Positions 59,490 through 64,000 of a stretch of DNA of 64,000 nt are shown here, piece after piece. The translations under genes were made by a program, and so were the position numbers. The first letter of the stretch is position 1; every line of letters begins with the position of its first letter. The DNA is from Squalus acanthias. Lineage: Eukaryota. The DNA is taken from contig CM059432.1 in assembly GCA_030390025.1 (NCBI GenBank), forward strand, positions 99,264,001 through 99,328,000, given 5' to 3'. The notes under the pieces are model-generated. The model had not been told where the DNA came from. It did no database searches and saw nothing but the letters and a program-made list of their open reading frames with translations.

Positions 59490-59915
59490 AAAGAACTTGC
59501 ACTTATATAGATCCTTTCACACCCTCAGGACATTTGAAAGCACTTCACAGTCAGTACGTTTGAAGTGTAATCACTGTTGGGAATGTAGGGAAGCACGACA
59601 GCCAATTTTTACAGATCAAGATCCCACAAACACCAATGCAATAAATGACTGAATAATCTGTTTTAATGATGTTTATTGAGGGATAAATCTTGGCTAGGGT
59701 ACGGCACAACTACCTTGCTCTTCTTCGAATGTTGTAATGGGATCTTTTATTTTCTCCTGAGAGGGGAAACGGGGCTTCAGCTTAATATCTCATTCAAAAG
59801 GTAGCACCTTCAAAAATACCATTCTCCCTTAGTACTGTGTCAGCCTTGATTATGGGCTCAAGTCGCTAGAGTGCAACTTTAATCCACAAGCCTCTGACTC
59901 GGAGCCAAGACTGGC
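59490..59915 (-). mobile_element. Old tRNA/Deu-type SINE
   Basis: Reverse-complement similarity to 63610-64000 with an L2-like tail. Confidence 0.7.
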
Positions 59916-59969
59916 ATAAATTGCATAAATTAAATTTTATGAATTCTCCTGTTAAGTATAAGATAAGAA

Positions 59970-60330
59970 TAAAGCATGAATGTCCCTTTCACAGCACCAT
60001 TCATGTTCCCACGACATGCTTCAGAGCCAATGAAGTACTTTTGAAGTGTATTAATAGTTGTAATGTAGGGAAACATGGCAGTCAAATTGCACACAGCAAG
60101 GCCCCACAAACAACAATAAGATAAATGCCCAGATAATCTGCTTTTTTAAATGTTGGCCTGTATAAGTCCCCAACTTGTATTCAAATAGTGCTACGATTTG
60201 TTTTATAACCAACTGAGAGGGCAGGGAGGTTCTCAAATTATCATCTCATCTACGTGCTCAAGTCTCTGGAGTGGGGCTTCAATCCTTGACCTTCTTATTT
60301 AAAGTTGACAGCACTACCAAGGCTGATACC
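59970..60330 (-). mobile_element. Old tRNA/Deu-type SINE, deleted
   Basis: gctcaagtctctggagtggggctt and tgtaatgtagggaaac match the reverse complement of the 63610 SINE. Confidence 0.6.
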
Positions 60331-60394
60331 TAGTACAAATGCCATAAAAGGAACGGTGCTCATTTCTAACACATGTTTGTAACAGGAGAAGATC

Positions 60395-60700
60395 AAACAA
60401 CAATAATCTGCATTCATATAGTGCCTTTAAAGTAGAAAAAATCTCAAGGTGCGACACAGAGGCGTAATCGAAAAATTGACATCAGGCTAAAGAAGGAGAT
60501 ATTAGGAGGGGTAGCCAAAACCTTGGTCAAAGACGTGGGCATTAATGAGAGTCTTAAAGGAAGAAAGGACAGTGGAAAGGCAGAGGGTTTTAGGGAGGTA
60601 ATTCCAGAGTAGGGGACCTAGATGGCTGAAGGCACACCCACCAATGGTGAGGTGAAGAAGGGGATGCACAACACCAGAGTCAGAGGAATGGAGAGTTGCT
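60395..60700 (-). mobile_element. L2 3' fragment
   Basis: Similar to 4705-5010. Confidence 0.75.
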
Positions 60701-61399
60701 ATTACAACAAATTTATTACCTAAAAATAATACATTTGAAGGTAAGATGCGTGGCTGTACATTTTTTTAAATTGCCAAACACAACAAGGCTTTGCGACTCT
60801 CTAGCTCTACTGACCTAGAAAAAAAACCTGAACTCTTTCATGAATAACACTGACACATCTTGCTTTAATCTCAGTCTCTTTTTATGCTTGCTTTTTCTTT
60901 CACCTCCCTGTTACCTTCAATCATTTTTTGGCTTGTGTCTCTTTCCTCTTCCTACCTCCTAATTCAGATTAAAAGTTCATTTTCTTTTCTTTTCAAGATT
61001 AACTTTTAAGTAACTACTTTTTAATGAGTGAAAAGTCATATTAGGTGAGTTTTTAAAGAAAGTCAGTTTCTAATATATTACAATTTTTGAACCAACATTG
61101 CAGATGGAATGGTTAATCAATGAATTATAAATTAAGAGTAATAGCAAAATATTAACTTGCTAAAAATTTCACTTTTTTGTCTGCTGGTTCAATAGATCGA
61201 GCACTTTAAGGCAATAAGTGAATGTCCCAAGCCTGCCTGTCATTAGAACTCAATTATCTAGGTTGAGTAAGCTTCATCAGTTGTCAGCTAAGTTCATTAA
61301 AGGAATGCCACCCTCAAGTAAAGCCTCCCATCTAACAGAACAATGACTTACTCTGTGTAAATGAGGCTTTCTGTTGCCGAATCACATAGCTCAAGAAGA

Positions 61400-63585
61400 G
61401 CCCCCATGATTGGAGACCCCCCACGAGGCCTCACCACCCCCAGGCCTCTGATCCCCCCCACGAGGCCTCTGATTCCCTGAGGCCTCACCCCCCACCACCC
61501 CTCCCCATGCTCCTCCGGCACCCACCCAGCTCTTCCAGCCACAACCCGGTCCCCGATCTTCTTCTGACGCCTCCCCACCCCCCCTCGCTCCTCCAGCCGC
61601 TCCCTGGCCCCTGATCCTCTTCTGACGCTGCCCCCGCATTCTTCTCTGGCGCCCCCCACCCCCCACCCCCAACGAACTTCTTCCGACGCACCCCCCTGCT
61701 CCTCGGGCCGCCGTACGGCCCCCATGCGATCCCCCCCTCCTCCTCTCTGTGGCCTAGTGCAGCAGGCCTGCGCGCACGGAGCTAGCCAGCCTCTCAGGCT
61801 GTCTGGCTGCGGGTGGGAAACAGAGGCTTTCCATGCAAATCAGGCCCTGCCATTAAATTCGGCAGGGCCTGCGAGAAACCCATTTTCCCAGAGCCCCCCT
61901 GTAAGGGGTTCGCGTGGCTCTGTGCTTAGCCTGGGTGCTAGTGCGGGGTTAGGCCTTGTTGCCTGTTCTGGTCTCCAGCCAGCCTGGTAACACTAGACAC
62001 CTGTGAGTGGTTCGACCCACTCGCCCTTACGGTTCTAACACTGGACTTAGGTGCGAGAGCAATAATGCAGAGAAAACTCAGGTAGACCCGGTTGAATAGT
62101 ACGAAATGGAAAATCTTTATTGCATATTATTCAAGATTATGAAATACATGTCATAAGCACAGATTAATGACAGTACAAACTTACATACATTTATGCAACT
62201 AGGTTTAGGGAAACGAGGAGCGCATGACACATTGTAAAAGGGGACACACATTATAATTATCCTTAAAACATAAACCCTCCCCTATCAATACCTGTCCTAA
62301 TCTAGATCTGTAGGATCGAGACTCATGCTCACCACTCGTGATAACTCAGAGAATTCCGAGACGCTGCTCGGATGTTTTCACCACAGCACCTGACTATTCA
62401 CGTGTTGATCAGGGGTCCCTGTGCCCCACTTGTTTACTCGCTTTGCTCCGGCTAGCAGGCTGGACCGTCTGCTGTCATGAAGATCTGTGTTGACCTCGGA
62501 ACTCTGATAAAACTCAAAGAAGAGTCTTCCTGTGCTCGACACCAGTTAGCCGGTAAAATTCAAAGAAGAGTCTTTCTGGACCGACACCAGTTGTCGGTAG
62601 AACTCGAAGAAAAGTCTTTCAGGGCCAGTTGTGGAGTAGCCGGTAGAATTCGAAGAAGTGGTTAATCGATTTTCGGGCGCGGTCGGGGTTTACTGACCGC
62701 GGCGGCACGTGTAGTCGTCTTCTTCTCTTCTCATCTCATCTCATCTCATCTCCTTTCGGGCCTTCGGTTCCAACACCGTTTACCGACTTCTCGGGATGGT
62801 GCGCCCACTTACAGGCCTTCGCAGACCAGCTCTCCACAGATCTTCACGGCAAGCCACGAGGTTGACTCCCGGAAAATCAACGGATCAGAGAAGCGAGTCA
62901 AAGGAATAAGAGAAAGATGGACGTTTGGACACTACAGTTATAGTACTGTAATTCCTTATCTCCCGCCCAATCTTAATGTTCATCTTTTGTCATGTTTTGG
63001 CGCTCAAACTTCTTGTATGGGGTGGTACTTGTTGTTAATGGGTTTCGGTGATACTTGTAACTGTCTGAGTACCCGTTAATATTTCTCCCCTTGTGGAACC
63101 GGCTAGGAGTCTCCCTGGAGGGGTTTTGGGGGCCTCCGAATTCTTGCTGTGAGTACCCGCGAATGGCTCTCTCATCGTAGAGCCGTGGGGAATTTGCGTA
63201 TCAATGTCTTTGGATGGGCCCCTTGATTGCCCAGTACAATAGCTCTCATTTGTGCATGGAAAAACCCGATTCCAGCACTTATATTCCTTGCCTGGGTGTT
63301 AAAATGCAAAACGATCTCGTCTTGTCTTATCTCAATATGCTGAGTCCTGTCCGATCTTGCTGAAATGTGTATTGAAACGCCATCTTGTCTGCCTACTGAA
63401 AGTCTAGAACCTTCTGCCACGAGGCGTGGCGGCCATTTTACAGGCTGCTTGTGTCCGTTTTGAAACCTGACAGCATTTTGCTGAAATAAAGCCGTTTTAC
63501 GAAACTGTATATCTCTTTCTCATTATTTTTAAATCACGATAATTTGTGAATTCTACACTCCTGCCTTCTCCATTAAAATTCAGCC
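61400..63585. mobile_element. GC-rich MITE-like element interrupted by LTR copy C; left end unresolved
   Basis: C-rich short repeats at 61410-61745; right end AAAATTCAGCC resembles the Harbinger-type TIRs in this window. Confidence 0.45.
61900..63557 (-). mobile_element. Long solo LTR (~1.65 kb), copy C
   Basis: TGTA..TACA ends, flanks CCCC/CTCC, collinear with the reverse complement of 47566-49171. Confidence 0.88.
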
Positions 63586-63609
63586 GTATGTTTTTATTCA
63601 TTTTATTTA

Positions 63610-64000
63610 GTGTCAGCCATGGCTTAGTTGGTAGCACACTCGCCTCTGAGTCAGAATGTTGTGGGTTCAAGTCCCACTCCAGAGACTTGAGCACAAAAAT
63701 CTAGGCTGACACTCCAGTGCAATGCTGAGGGAGTGCTGCAGTGTCGGAGCTGCCGTCTTTTGGATGAGACGTTAAACCGAGGCCCCGTCTGCGCTGTTAG
63801 GTGGACATAAAAGATCCTATGGCACTATTTCGAAGAAAAGCGGGGGAGTTTTCCCTGGTGTCCTGGTGAACATTTATCCCTCAATCAACATGACTAAAAA
63901 ACGGATATCTGGTCATTATGACATTGCTGTTTGTGAGAACTTGCTGTGTGCAAATAGGCTGCCGCGATTGCTACATTACAATAGTGACTACACTTCAAAA
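63610..64000 (+). mobile_element. tRNA-derived SINE (SacSINE1/DeuSINE-like), runs off window
   Basis: A box TGGCTTAGTTGG, B box GGTTCAAGTCC, central gatgagacgttaaaccgaggcccc domain, start of an L2-like tail. Confidence 0.85.

Noticed and set aside
61348..61725. Gly/Arg-rich ORFs
   Set aside because: Translation of C-rich low-complexity repeats.
63610..63690. tRNA gene
   Set aside because: The tRNA-like head runs into a SINE body; decayed copies occur elsewhere in the window.

Overview
Eukaryotic, repeat-saturated, probably intronic or intergenic DNA. The repeat families (Deu-type tRNA SINE, CR1 with esterase ORF1, L2, Penelope) suggest a cartilaginous fish; this is inferred from family resemblance only. 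Most of the window is nested transposable elements. There are at least five PIF/Harbinger elements, each with a DDE transposase and a convergent spliced Myb/SANT-like gene (two nearly complete, with TIRs and 3-bp TSDs), plus many derived MITEs. Also present: a Tigger/pogo transposon, an internally deleted Gypsy LTR element, a near full-length Penelope-like element with hammerhead ribozyme motifs, one near full-length CR1 and several truncated CR1/L2 copies, and five long (1.3-1.7 kb) solo-LTR-like insertions. A few splice-bounded unique segments may be host exons, but no host gene is identifiable. Main points of interest: a Harbinger deletion derivative that captured 182 bp of the neighbouring LTR; a Gypsy 5' LTR whose PBS position pairs with its own poly(A) signal instead of a tRNA; and hairpins shared across diverged long LTRs. 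All calls were made by eye; no database search was run.
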